DNA of 64,000 nt from Ramazzottius varieornatus (Eukaryota; Animalia; Tardigrada), in contig BDGG01000020.1 of NCBI GenBank assembly GCA_001949185.1, positions 62,001-126,000 on the forward strand. The letters are read 5' to 3'. The notes beneath the pieces were generated by a model. It did no database searches. It worked only from the letters and a program-made list of their open reading frames with translations, and had not been told where the DNA came from. The position numbers and the translations under genes are program-made. How positions within the stretch are numbered: position 1 is the first letter of the stretch; each line of letters opens with the position of its first letter. Of this stretch, positions 24,861-37,184 are shown in pieces.

Positions 24861-25860
24861 TTATTGCGGGCCCCTGACATCAACCAGAGCTGAGAAGGTG
24901 AGTCCCAGAAGAAAAGCAGCTGCAATGACGCCGAGTCTCTGCAATCAGATAAACACAAACAGTGCCTATTCAGTACACGCAGGACGAGAAATTATGGGAC
25001 AGTAAAAATTATGGGACCAGGCCTTTTCGCTACGGCGGTACGGAAGCACGTACGTATGCGACCGACGCACAGTAATACACTTTTCTACGGTCGAATTTCC
25101 ATTTCGCCTGTCCCATAATTTTTACTGTACCATAATTTCTCGTCTTGCGTTTACCTATATTAACTGAATAGGCCCTGACACAAAGATGTAAACAGCGATA
25201 GGAATTCGAAAGGTACGATAAAAGCTCTCAGTTGCGTCAGTGTAGCCTGAAGGAAACATATCTGCCTCTTTTCGTATTCAGATTTGGAGTATGTTGTACC
25301 TACTGCGCTAGCACGGCAACCATCCAGGTTTAGATAAAAGTTTCCCACAACAAACTCATTCCGGTCGATCCACCTGAGCAAAACCGACGACGAACATATC
25401 AAGAAAGCAGCCCAGAAAACGGAATGACCCATTACCTGTAAAGAGAAGGCTGATCATACTCCCAACCAGCTTGATCTTCTCCGCAGAGCGATAAAACTGC
25501 CTCGCCCAGTGAATTTGCTTACCACGAGATCCATAACCCTGCCGTGCAGGGTGAGGCGTTTGTACATCTTGAACAACAGGACGGCATTGAGGAGCAGCTG
25601 CATAATCCAACTTGTGATGGTCACGAACTCGTGAAACTCAAAGATGGTCGGATGGTTTTTTGTAATCGACAAAAGCGCATCCCGCTTGGGCATTGATGCT
25701 TCCAGGATCACAAAAGAAGCGAAACAACACACCTATCACGATACAATAAATGGTATTGGTGGGTTAGCGGAATAACAACAAAATCCTCCAGTTCCTCCCT
25801 TACCCTACTTACATTGCTGGCAATGGATATTTTACCAGAAAGAGTTTTGAGGAATGACAT
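24861..25860 (-). CDS. MARVEL-domain tetraspan, paralog C (more diverged)
   Basis: MSFLKTLSGKIS, FEFHEFVTITSW, GHSVFWA, GCRASA; last exon RLGVIAAAFLLGLTFSALVDVRGPQ* aligns with those of A and B. Confidence 0.7.
24974..25153. mobile_element. MITE in the last intron of MARVEL paralog C
   Basis: TIR acgcaggacgagaaattatgggacagtaaaaattatggga / tcccataatttttactgtaccataatttctcgtcttgcgt. Confidence 0.8.
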
Positions 25861-26907
25861 TCTTTATTCTGACACTGTGCGTCAACGTCTTTGGATTATA
25901 GTAAGCCGTGCAATCAAGCGACGAATTGAGTATTCAGTGTTTGAGTATTCACTCAAGTGCACGGATGTCGATAGGGCGTTGCCCCCATAAAGCAGTCGAA
26001 TGCTATACCAGCATCCAAAAGCCAAATGCGTAAACAAATATTCAATAGTGTATTAAACCATAAGTCCGACAAAACGCATTCGACACGTGGCGCCATCAGC
26101 TATCCTATTCGGCACTGTACAGAAATCACCGACGATTGGTGATACATGTGTATATTGTGCCTGGGACCATACGGTTCCTGTGCGGGGTTTTCTGATCGAC
26201 TGTCGAAGAAAGAAGTGCCATGCTCAAGAGCATGATCAACTTGGGTATCATGATGATCGCGTGTGCGGTTATGGCAGAGTCAGCGAAAGCTCGTGGGACT
26301 CGAGTCCTTCCTTATTGAACACATTCAGATTGTCTCACGAGCCGGTTCGTCCTTGAAATCACGCAGCTGTTTGGACGAGGAGGCTCTCAGCCAGATTCGT
26401 GCTTGTGCTGTGTTCTAAACACAAGTCCCCATTGTGGGGCGCGGGAAGTGCCAAAATTATTTCATCCAAAAGTCGTGGCAGAGTTTCTTAAACCACCCAC
26501 CCTGCTTTGCCAGAGTTTCGGTTTGCGAATATTTTCATTTCGCGCTTTGTATAGAATTTTGGAATCTTAGCAAGAACTCGTACAGCGGAAAACAGCAGCG
26601 TGAAAATGTCTTTTTGGCCTGCGTGTGTCATTTTGGCGTGCGTGTGTCGCCCACTGTAAATCATACGCGCACACAAGGAGAAATACGATCGGTGACGTCA
26701 TCATACAGCGTCTGTCGATGATGTAAGTAATCTCGCGCTCGTATGGCTCACAGGGGGAGGGGCGACGTTGACGTTCCAAAGGATTATGGATATAAACCGA
26801 CTAGTTGTGAGCCTAACTCTTTGGAAAGCCAGCTTTAGCTGCAACGGACGCGGAAGCGCATGGGAGGTACACGATCGTATCACTTAACCGATGCGCGCAC
26901 CCTTGAA

Positions 26908-27057
26908 TAGTGAAAAAATTCGCCGCCTCCGCGTAGTATTTACACGTACGTAACGATGCGCCCCCGTAGCGCGCTGAACAGAAAGTGAAGCCAGACCGGG
27001 GCTGTCCTTTACGTGTACGACGACGCGGTGCGGGAATGCAGCGAAGTTTTACAGCAC
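26908..27057. mobile_element. Diverged copy of the 3300-3444 MITE
   Basis: Shared acacgtacgt..gaccggggctgt..atgcagcgaa..ttacag. Confidence 0.6.
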
Positions 27058-27358
27058 ATGATACAGTATACTGTATGTATCTGGACAGTGTGCTAACACG
27101 GGAAAGCCATAGTCTCGTCATTACATTGATCTCGAGATCAATAATTTCGCTCTGTTTTGAGCAAAGTCACCGAATAAACCTTTCGTAATGCTTCATGCTA
27201 TTTTGCTATATCGTTTCGTATAGCCTTGTGCACAGAATACGAAGACCAAAATCAGGTAAGTGCAAGAAAGATAGACAAGATATGCTTGACTTGGGTTTGT
27301 TTTCTGGCAGAATTACCTTTGAGTTCCGTCATCCGGCCGGTGAATTTACGGTCTTGAA

Positions 27359-29142
27359 ATGAATAACACAGTCCTCCGAGTTGCTGCCGAACCAGTAAGT
27401 ACTGTACCGTAAAAGACGAAAACACCGATCTAACGTTAACGACACTGCAGCTAATTGCTTCACTGTACAGGACGAACCATACATCGAATACAATTCAAAA
27501 ACCGACGTTTGGTCTGGACTTTTTGTGGTCCGGCTTCAAGCAGTTTGTCAAGCCTTACACCTTAAGTAGGTCCTTACCCTGTCTTGAAGAGAGAAAAGCG
27601 CCAAGCAGTCCGTACGACGTTGCGGTATCCTATTGCTGTATTTTCAGCAATACTTCATAGTTTTCACGTTATTCACTACAGGTGTGAGATTTACAAAGCC
27701 GAGAAGAACAGTTCCGCCTTTGACGAGCTATTCACCGGAGTTATGGGCGACGTTCATTCCGGTGTGGCGGATCTCGGTCTTACCACCATCGGCATAACGG
27801 CTGAACGCTTTCAGCATTTCGATATTTTTTTTTCATATATTCGACGAAGTTACTCGATTGTCGTCCACGAAGACAACCTTGTAACTGTGGAAGCCACTTC
27901 GCACATGCTAAGTATTCTCAAAATCCTTGCCAGCTATCATGTTTGGGCTATAACTTTCATCTTTGTGGCATGGTTCCTTGTTCTTGGAGTGATCTCCGAC
28001 AGAGTATATTCTCGGCGTACGTCCAACGTACCAATCCGGCAAGTATGCGCAAAATGGGCTTTGCGTCTGGTGGGCACCGGCTTGGGCTTTCAGGGAATAG
28101 GTGAGTGGTGAGTACGTCTACATATGAAACACACGGATATACAGAGAAACGCTTCTCTAACAGTAGCTTCTCTCGCAGAGGACTATGAAAAGTCCGCGAG
28201 GACCACTGATCTATCGATTTCGAAGATTAGTCTATTCCTGACTTGGCAAATCTTCGCGCTGATCTTCCTGACCGTACTAATGAGTCGTCTGCCTGTCATA
28301 TTTACTTTTGGGTCTCCACAGCACTTACCTTTTGGAACACCGAAGGAACTTTTAGATTCAAATTTCACCGTCTACAGTACTGGAACCCCGATCAAAATTC
28401 TGAATGTGAGTAAGTACATCGGTGTACATAAGTATCGAGAACGTTTTCGTGCAATGTTGCAGATAGAACAGCCGCCAGTCTTTCTTACTGTTTAGGCCTC
28501 TCTAAGTGCCCATGAACAAGCACTGAGCAAAAGGGCTATCCACCTACCAAGGTACACTGGGAACGACACCGAATATGACCTCTCGATACTGAACGTGGCA
28601 AAAAAGGGACGGAATGCTCTAATCCTCAACCTGAATGAAGGAACCTATTCGAGGAGGATGACCACAATGAAGTGCAGCTTGGTCATAGCGGTTGACCGGG
28701 TGGTGACCGTGCCTATTGCTGGGGCCATCTTTGCAAAGAACTCGTCTTGCACTGAGATCTTCAGAAAAGGGTGAGAAGCCTTGATATTCGGCTCTCTGCT
28801 GTCTCAGTAAACCGTTCATCCTGCAGATACACTCATTGGACGGAGTGTGGGATCGGAGACAGCGACGAGCACGATCTCAAAATGCTGAGGAGTATCAACA
28901 AACTAAAGACCAGACCTGGTCAACGAAACGACTGTGCGTTTCGCAAAATCAACAATCTGCCAGAACTGCAGTCGAAAAGTATTGGCATAGATCGACTATT
29001 TACTATATTTCTTTTGATGGGATCTGCGTTTTCTTTGGGAGTAATCGTATTATGGGCAGAGATCCTATGGAACAGGGGCTACACAACCCCTGGGGGAAGC
29101 GCTCGAGGCAGACCGGATAACACAGCCGATGCTCTGTATTGA
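27359..29142 (+). CDS. Divergent ionotropic receptor (iGluR/IR family, no ATD); start uncertain
   Basis: S1: LRVAAEPDEPY..WSGLFV..GDVHSGVADLGLTTIGITAER; M1 VWAITFIFVAWFLVLG; pore-like LGFQG; M3 FLTWQIFALIFLTVLMSRL; S2 AIFAKNSSCTEIF; M4 IGIDRLFTIFLLMG...LWAEILW. Confidence 0.82.
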
Positions 29143-29681
29143 AAGACACCGAAATGACCGAATCATCGTGGCGTCCCACAACACTGCGGCGCTGCATGGT
29201 TAATCCTAAGCTTTGATCTTTAAAGCCATAGATGTCCTGTAAGGAGACCTTCAAATAAGAAACTAAGATCATGATCTCAGGAATGACGAACGATAGCTTA
29301 CACTCCGATGCAACTTCCAACTAGCGACAACTCGTGGCACGGACTTCTTTGAAGAGCTACAGAGAATCCGGAACGCGTGTAGCCATTGCTTGAACCGTAA
29401 GGAACTACAGTGAGTAATCAGTACTTGTGGGTCTATCTGCTTTCTTATTGTCAGTAAAACTGGGTCGTCGGTGATAAAAATGAGATAAATGGACTTTCAA
29501 AACGCTTCCACTATTTCAGATTAACCGAGAGGGAACAGTTGTAAAGTTAGACGGCGTAGACCGAGGTTGGAAAGTTGGCCGCATCTTATAAAGCGTAGGC
29601 CGTTGGATGGCCTACTCCTAATATTCGGTGACCAACTTCACAACTCCGGCACCACCCGGCTAACTTTATGACTTTTCCCTA

Positions 29682-30404
29682 CGAGGTAGAGGGCATGAGT
29701 TTTGCGTATTTATTTTTGGGTCATGAGTTCTGTAATTCATACAAAAATAACCAGTGGCAGATCAAACGTTGTTTCTGGATAGAATGGTACAATCATTCAT
29801 GGTCTCCCTCGCTGTTACGGTATCAAGCGTTTGGGAGCAGGTAGTTCAGATATACGATGCTCGACCGGAAGGAGGGTTGCTCCCATGTTAAAGAGCCTAC
29901 GAATTCAAAAGTATCAAGACCGCCAGAGGCGCTCAAGTAGCAGTTTTCGATGAAGCAATGACTTCTACGTCAGCCGCGGATACACGTCACGAAGCTGGTT
30001 TTTGAGTGTGAACGAAGCCATAAGTTGTATAGCGCTGGTATGCGGCTTACATGACGTACTTCCGGCGCATAGTCAGTAGACAGCTGCCAGCTGATACCGC
30101 GAGGCCGAATTTCATAAAGGATCATCTTCTGAATTCTTACTCCAGGCCCTTAGACATGGCTTCCTTCAAACTCCTCACAGCCTCTCAGGTTAGCAAGCAG
30201 TTGAGCATGGACGATGCTGTTCGTGCAGTGAAGGAAGGAGGGATAACAATGTACGCCGCAGCAAAGCAGCACGTAGCCGACTTGTAAAGTCATACGGCTT
30301 ATAGCAGCTGACTGCAAGACGTACGTGTGCTGCCACCGTAAACCGCAACTACGCAAAACTCATAGGCCAAATTAAAATACGCAAAACTCATGACTTCTAC
30401 CTCG
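29682..30404 (+). mobile_element. Non-autonomous pogo/Tc1-mariner-like element retaining an HTH-psq fragment
   Basis: TA-flanked TIR cgaggtagagggcatgagttttgcgtatt / aatacgcaaaactcatgacttctacctcg; internal MDDAVRAVKEGGITMYAAAKQH resembles a psq HTH. Confidence 0.8.
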
Positions 30405-30939
30405 TAGTACTGACGAGTTTCGATTTTCTTCGATTTTTTTGCCAATGCCAACCCCTATGAAGATTCTTTACGACAATCTCGAGGAAAACGAGAAGTTTGC
30501 TTCGGTTGTTGATTTTTCTGGAACAGTAGAAGTGGTTTGGAGTCTGTTTTCCACATTTCTGTTGCCGAAGACCAGTACATCAACGAGACGAAGGCAAGAG
30601 ATTATGATCTGAATTTTACGTCCTTGAAGGTCCCCCTGTCAGTACGAGCAATGCGTGATTTGCTGAAATACGTGATACGATAGTCTAAGACTCTGAGTTT
30701 CGAACGTTGCAATGACGAGAGAATTTGCGCCTTCTTGTTTCTTCAATCCTGATGGAGATTTGAGTTGAATAACCGTGAACGACTGATCGCCAACGGAGCA
30801 GAACGAGGTACTGTTTGATGCGGTGCACTTATTACAATAGATGGCCAGATAGGTTAGCTTGAGAAGTAGAGATCTGGTCAGTCATACAACTTCCAATCCA
30901 ACCACAACTCTCCACAAGATGAGAAACTTCACATAAAGT

Positions 30940-32645
30940 GAGCAACATCGAGACAATTTTTTGCGGCTTCTTTCATAGTCTAATCGTCGATTTGTGCACG
31001 AAGATCTTCCGAAATATGAAAGGCCCATCCCGACACCACACCTAAATAAAGCAATTGAATCAGCTCTGCCTATTTCACATACACGTTTCCCTGTGGCTTA
31101 CCCTTCCTCAAAAACTGAAATATGACTTTTCCAGTCGTTGGATCCTTCACCGCGCCATAAGCCTTGTTCAAGTTGTCGTTTTGTGACATGTTCTCAAATT
31201 TGGTGAGGACCGCTATTTGCTGGGCCTGATCGTCGGATACCGGTCTTTCCAGAAAGTTTGACAGAAGCTTAATTTGGCCGGACGCATCCTGCAGACGAAA
31301 TTCCGCCGAATCATTTCTTTAGCTTTCGTTAGATCGCGATTTGAATGTATAGAACAAAATGTTTGTTCTCCAGAAACGAAGTTCAATTGTACCTTGTGTA
31401 AATCTTCGTAGGCCAGAAAATGCACGTTTGGTTCAGAGCGATGGTCCCAGTAGCTTTTGAAGTTACGAAAGTACGGTGCGTGATGAACGTTGTCCTGAAT
31501 GAAAGATTCGGCGAACTCATCGAACGATTCTACAGCATGCGCAGAGGCCAAATGTTTCACTTAGCTGTACATCTCGTACTGAGAAACAATCACGTCCTTC
31601 ACGTTGCGGGAAATGCAAACGATCTATCAATAGAAAATTAAACGGATCGAGAGTACCTGCATGGTGAGAAGGTTTAATTCACCAAGCGGCGCAGGTAATC
31701 TATAAGCCTGAAATGCTGTTAAACGACGCACGATACGATCATGCAGACCTGTTGAAGCGAGATGTCTCAGTGAAATTCTCGCGAGTTGAAGACTAAAATC
31801 TGAAATCTGGGACTAAAATGATGATGTCAAAAGAAAACCACGATTTTATACCATCGATTATGAAGTTAAATTGTCGCTCTGATGTTAAATTTTGTCGATG
31901 TCGAGAATATGTGTGGCATGCGGAACCTGGAAGGTAGTTGGCGAACCTCGCTACTTCTGGTTTCCATGGGAGTGTGGTCAACCCCACTAGACAACACCCT
32001 GAAGTTTAAAGTCAGGACTAGAATTCAGATCCAAACGACTAAAATGTTCTTGAAAAAGTTCAATCTAGATTGTTCGGGAATGAAACTAAACCTCGGGACT
32101 GGCATTAAAATTTGCAAGAATGAAATGATTTTGAAAGAGAGTAAAACTGAATTGGTCGGGAGTAAAACTGTATTGTGAGAACTGAAACTGTGAACCGTGA
32201 GAGTGAATTGTTTTACTCTGGAGTAAAACTGTAACTAAATCTGGGAGTAAAACTAAATACAACACTGGCTTGCATCCAGGTGGTACCTGTAGGCCAGCAC
32301 GTGATCGCTCAGTTGTTGGTACAGCACTAATCTACCTGGGATTGAACGTTGCCCCCTGATATGACCATTCGACAGATCTCAACGAGATCTATCGAACTAC
32401 AGCAACCGGTTTTGCAACAGGAGTTGGGGGTGGTTGGGGGTGGTGATCCATAACAGGAAGGTTAAAGTTTCCATCAGCATGACTCCGGCGGGCTTATAGG
32501 GTACCCTGGTGATACAAAGGAGACACCGACATCAACGAGGGTTTTAATCAAAAGGCATCATAACAAGGCTTGTTCGTTTCGAATACTCGCAGTCTGTCCT
32601 TCTTCGATGTGTGCGACATCTCGCTGTTTCCAGCCAATGACATCC
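30940..32645 (-). pseudogene. Cytosolic sulfotransferase (SULT1-like) pseudogene
   Basis: KT|GTTWMQ PAPS loop, RNVKDVIVS, YW..RSEPNVHFLAYEDL, FLRKG|VV..W. In-frame TAA after EMYS (about 31561), premature TAG near 30980, frameshifts in the 5' exons. Confidence 0.8.
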
Positions 32646-32885
32646 CGGATGAGTATCTTGGAACTGTTGCAGCAACTGGCAAGTAGAAACAGCAGGATGT
32701 AAACTGAATGTTTTAAATCTTACACGGGCACGATGAAAGAATCAGTGCCTGTAACCAATCAAAAACACTGCCTGCCAGCTGATGTTACCAGTAATAAAGC
32801 TCTGCAAACTGGCTTTCATTGCATGCTCCGTTCCGTCCGTCCACGAGCTGCGTGAATTAGTACATTGTAGTGACTGTCCTAATTT

Positions 32886-34508
32886 ATATATACTGCTATC
32901 CATTCATTTTCACTGTTTCTTCTAGCATTCGCCGAATTCCAGTCCGAATTGGTTCAAACTTTGCTCAAAATTCAGAAATGTTGTCAAGATGTTCACGACG
33001 GGGTACTTTTTTCGTTTTCTGTCTTGCGGTTCATATCTTGATTGTTTCTTGAAATTTTTGTGCCGCCTGTATGTTTTCGTAATGCGGCTCATTGCTTAGC
33101 AAACGAGTAAATAATTTACACAAGCTTCATTATCATGCCCTTCGGAATTTGAATCCACAGTTCGGACTGGCCCAAAAACAAGCGGTTGTGGAAGGCAGAA
33201 TGTCCAAGTTCCAGTCATTTCGAAAACGCTCACTCTATCACTCATATGAAGGAACTCATTTCGGACGTGGTACTTTGGTCAGCGAGCAAAATGTGCAGGA
33301 ATGGGTTTTTTCATCTGGGGCTGTTCGGGTCGATTTGAAACGGCTACTGCAGCCTTCTGTATTACTCACTGATGCTTCTTTAGGTCCAAAGCTCAGGCTG
33401 ATCAGATGGAAGATGACCAGGCTATAATGTTTTTTGTGAAGGGTAGATAGTCCTTATCAGTATACCTTGAACCGCCTTGATTATTGCGTGGTTTTTGCAC
33501 GGAAAGCTCTGTATGGCAGCACAAAGTAAAACACACTTTGCAGTGACTCAAAACGTGGAGGGTAGTCGCGGGCAGTCAGGAAGATGGAAGTTGTGGCGAA
33601 AGAGACATAGCGTCTCGGTAACGAAGATGCTGTCTAAGCAGCCTTCTACCTTGCAAGATGTCGCGCCCAAATATCGAATGTCATTTGGCGTGTAATGAAC
33701 GGAGGCTGCAACACATTACAACTTGCCGCGTTAGTTTATGAAAAACAGTTCGCCTGGACCCTTCCCAAGGGAGCTTTACCCGTGCTGCAAGGGCAAGTGG
33801 AGGGCAAACGGCCGACCACTGGTCAATCGTTACCTGTGGGTGCGCAGAGGTGCGCGTTGGTCATAGAGTACCCCTCATCAAAAGTATCAACTCGATGTCT
33901 CTGGGCGTGTTCTCCCACCCATACAAAGGATGTACCAAGTCCGAAATGATTTCCAGCATAGAAAGAACATTTCGTCAATGCATTTCGGTAGAAGAAAATG
34001 CTCTGACAGACATCTCTTAGACGTCTATCAAGCGGCATCCTGGTTTGACATTGGAGTTCAAAAGGCGACTCGATTGGATTCCGTAAAGAGATTATGAAAC
34101 TAGTTCAACCTAGAGAAGCGATCACGGATTCTGTGGGTCACCTGCCACATTATAGCACAAAGACAATTTTTTATCAGACTAGAGGGCAGTCAACCCGCAC
34201 AAAAACCTGTCTTTTAAGCGGGGTTTTTCTGTCCTACTTGGAATCGATTTCGGGCACTTCCGTCTTAAATTTGTGCTTTAATATGGAAAAATTAAAGTTG
34301 CCGAATCTCTCACCCAAAAGCAGTCTGATCAGCGTTTCAATATCCGTTCCCAGAAGGTTCACTTGTGAGCGCAGTTTTCGTTTTGTGTTCAGTCAAAAGC
34401 TGACCGTAGTTTTTATGTATTCTGTTTCCTCTTCTTCTCTGATATTTATTGCAGTTTTTCTACGTTACTGACAAACTGCGAGCGAGCCAAAGGCGAAGCG
34501 AGCAGCTT
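32886..34508 (+). mobile_element. Helentron/Helitron-like non-autonomous unit 1 carrying a degenerate Merlin-like transposase fragment (about 33170-33620)
   Basis: 5' about 250 bp homologous to 34515-34760; 3' hairpin ctgcgagcgagccaaaggcgaagcgagcagc; internal VVEGRMSKF..RKR..GRG..QEWVF..TQNVEG. Confidence 0.5.
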
Positions 34509-34514
34509 TTTCAT

Positions 34515-36672
34515 ATGTACTCCTATCCATTTACTTTCACTGTACGCTCTTGCACTTCGCCCAATTTCAGTCCGAATTGGTTCAAACTTTGCCTGAACGT
34601 CAGACATGTAGTCTAGCTGTTCACTACGTCGCTTTTATTGTGGCTTTCTATCTAGCGGCACAAATTTTGTACCGCTATTTTCTTGCAAATTTTACATCGC
34701 CTGCATGTTTTCATAACACAGCTCATTGCCTAGCAAACTAGCAAATAATTTAGGCACCTCATTTCCTGACCACGATGTGCGCTGCCACATACCGTGTGGC
34801 TCGGTCAGATTTCAACTTTTTTCAACTGCAAGTATCTTTTTACTCACTTAACCAAAAATCGCACGTTGTACGTCGATAGATAGAGAATTTAGCGTCCTCA
34901 CAGACAAGCAAAAGGATCTAGTCAACATAGTTTCCGTCAGAATTTTCGACCGCTCGGCATCGGCCCAGCCAGGAATCCACAGTGTCCCTGATGAGCTCTT
35001 CCGGCAGTGCCTTCCATTCCTTGATCAACACCTTCTTCAGTTGCTCGAAATTCTGGATGATTTTATGTTTGCCTAATCGTGCCTTCAACGCCGACCAAAT
35101 TCCATAGTCCAGAGGGTCAAGATCAGGACTGTTCGGCGGAGTATCGTTCTTCCGAATAAACGAGGGAAGGTTTGCTTCCAAGTACGACTGAGTGGTCTTC
35201 GCGACATGGCAGGGGGCTTTACCTTGATAGAAGATGACTTCTCTTGGGTCCAGTTTATCCTTCAGATCGCAGAGCATCGGCTTCAGGCATCGATCTTGGT
35301 AAGTTGCCTGGTTAATCTTTAACCCGGAGGGGAGAACGATAAGTCGAGTACGACCATCACGCCAAACTCCTCCGCAAATCATCGCCTTCAGTGGCGATTT
35401 TTGTAAACGTTTGTGCTTCGAATCAGGAATCAGCTCAAACGACTTACCGTAGCACCGTTCCTGCTGTGAATTAAAATACTCCCCGACCAGAACGTAGCAC
35501 TCGTCGACGAAAACAAAGTTGGGAATATCCGACTTCCGGTAGCGTTTCCAGAAGCGTTGAGCACATCTTTTCCTGGCGACTTTCTGGGCTTCGGTGATGA
35601 AAGGACGTATGACTTTGCGGTAGACTTTGATTCCACGTTTCTTCATCTCTCTGGACATGGCGCTTCGATCAATTCCTTGCTTTCTTGCCTGACCACGGAT
35701 GCTGTTCTGCTGCGCCGCTTCAGTGAGGTTCCGGATCGCACGATTCAGGGCGTCTTTTCTTTCCTCGGGTGCTTCTTCGGAGGCTTCGCTCCAGTCCGAT
35801 AACCGCCAGTCCTGATCCAGTGTTGAACAATGTTTCGAACGGTATAGTACGTACACAGAGACTTCACGATGGAATGGATTTCGGTAATTCTTTTCCCAGC
35901 CTGGTAGTGGGCCACGATCAACTTCTGGACCTCCACAGGCAACATTTTATCACAGATCGGAAAAAGATCGCTCAGCAATGCAAAACAAGACAAAACAGAG
36001 AGCGGAAAATTCTCTATCAGCTGATATACGCAAACCTAAAAAAACATGCTGGCACCTGTTACCGCGGCCAGTGGTGGAAAGTTGAAATCTGACTGAGCCA
36101 TACGGTAGATCTTCCTGTGGTATTTTTTCGATAGTCACAAGCGAGGAACTCGACAAGGTTCGTCCCACTTCCGTCCATCTCTTGAAACTTGGTGGTTGAC
36201 ACCTACTCGAACTTCACCTATGTTTCGCTGATCTAATTTTTTTGGGGCAAATGGTTTCCCAAACCGTACGTCCCAAAGTCCCCATGTAAAGCAGTAGACC
36301 GTGTTCGGTGGGCCAGATTTTTCCCGAAAGTTTGGTGCACCACTTTGACGAGATCAGCCTGACCGAACAAACGAGCTCCAGAACTTCCCCGGTACCCGTA
36401 TAACCGTGAGACAGCACAAACATACTGCTCGATTTTTTCTGCTAGCTTGGCAATTCCTCTGTTGAGCACCTAGCTGAGACGAAAGTTCGAGATTTCAAAC
36501 CTAATCTGTTCTTCAGATGTCCAGTGATGTCGCCCAGCAAACAGAAAGTTTGTCGCGTCTTTGCCGGTTCGTGCTTGAAGACACGTAACCAAGCTCTTCT
36601 GCGCTGCCCGTTTCTGTTTTTCTAAATCATCGACAAGCTGCGAGCGAGCCGAAGGCGAAGCGAACAGCTTGT
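34515..36672 (+). mobile_element. Helentron/Helitron-like unit 2 (tandem with unit 1), interrupted by the maT element
   Basis: Same 5' block and 3' hairpin aagctgcgagcgagccgaaggcgaagcgaacagctt (36635-36670). Confidence 0.5.
34792..36105 (-). mobile_element. Tc1/mariner DD37D (maT) transposon, inactivated
   Basis: TA TSD; TIR ccgtgtggctcggtcagatttcaacttt / aaagttgaaatctgactgagccatacgg. Transposase 34918-35945 split by a frameshift near 35760; FVDE..Q(G)KAPCH..37 aa..SPDLDPLDY; second Asp reads Gly. Confidence 0.92.
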
Positions 36673-37135
36673 ATTGTACAACGGTAGTTGTGGCACCGTT
36701 GTGCTGAATCTAGCTTGCGCATGTAGAATTTTGCAATTTTATCTTATCTTACAATAGGCTTGTTGCGTTATCTGAATATCTTGTTCAATAGAACACGCTT
36801 GACTAATCATGTCAATCTGCGCGACTTCACCATTCAGCTGTTATGCTTAGTACTGTATCCCGGCGAAAGCTCTGCGCAGTCAGATGGCAGGCCCATAAAA
36901 TAATCCCCGGGACCTTCTGACTGAAACATGATCACCCGGGCCTGATTTATGGGCCTCCGATGTGACTGCGCAGAACTTTCGAGGGAATACAGTACGTGTT
37001 TATTATCTTGCTGTCCTACCAACGTATGTTAGTCCCCCTTTTAGCCTCGATAAGGCCGGTCCTTGGGCTGTTGTGACTTTCTTTCCTCCGACTCGATAAG
37101 GTCTTTCTCGAGACTTGATTGCTTCGATGGCTTTT

Positions 37136-37184
37136 TTTGAGGAATTTTACCAAGTTTATGATGAGTCATGAGTCGTGATTTCAG
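37136..37184. repeat. 49-bp perfect inverted repeat, left copy
   Basis: Exact reverse complement of 45144-45192. Confidence 0.9.
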
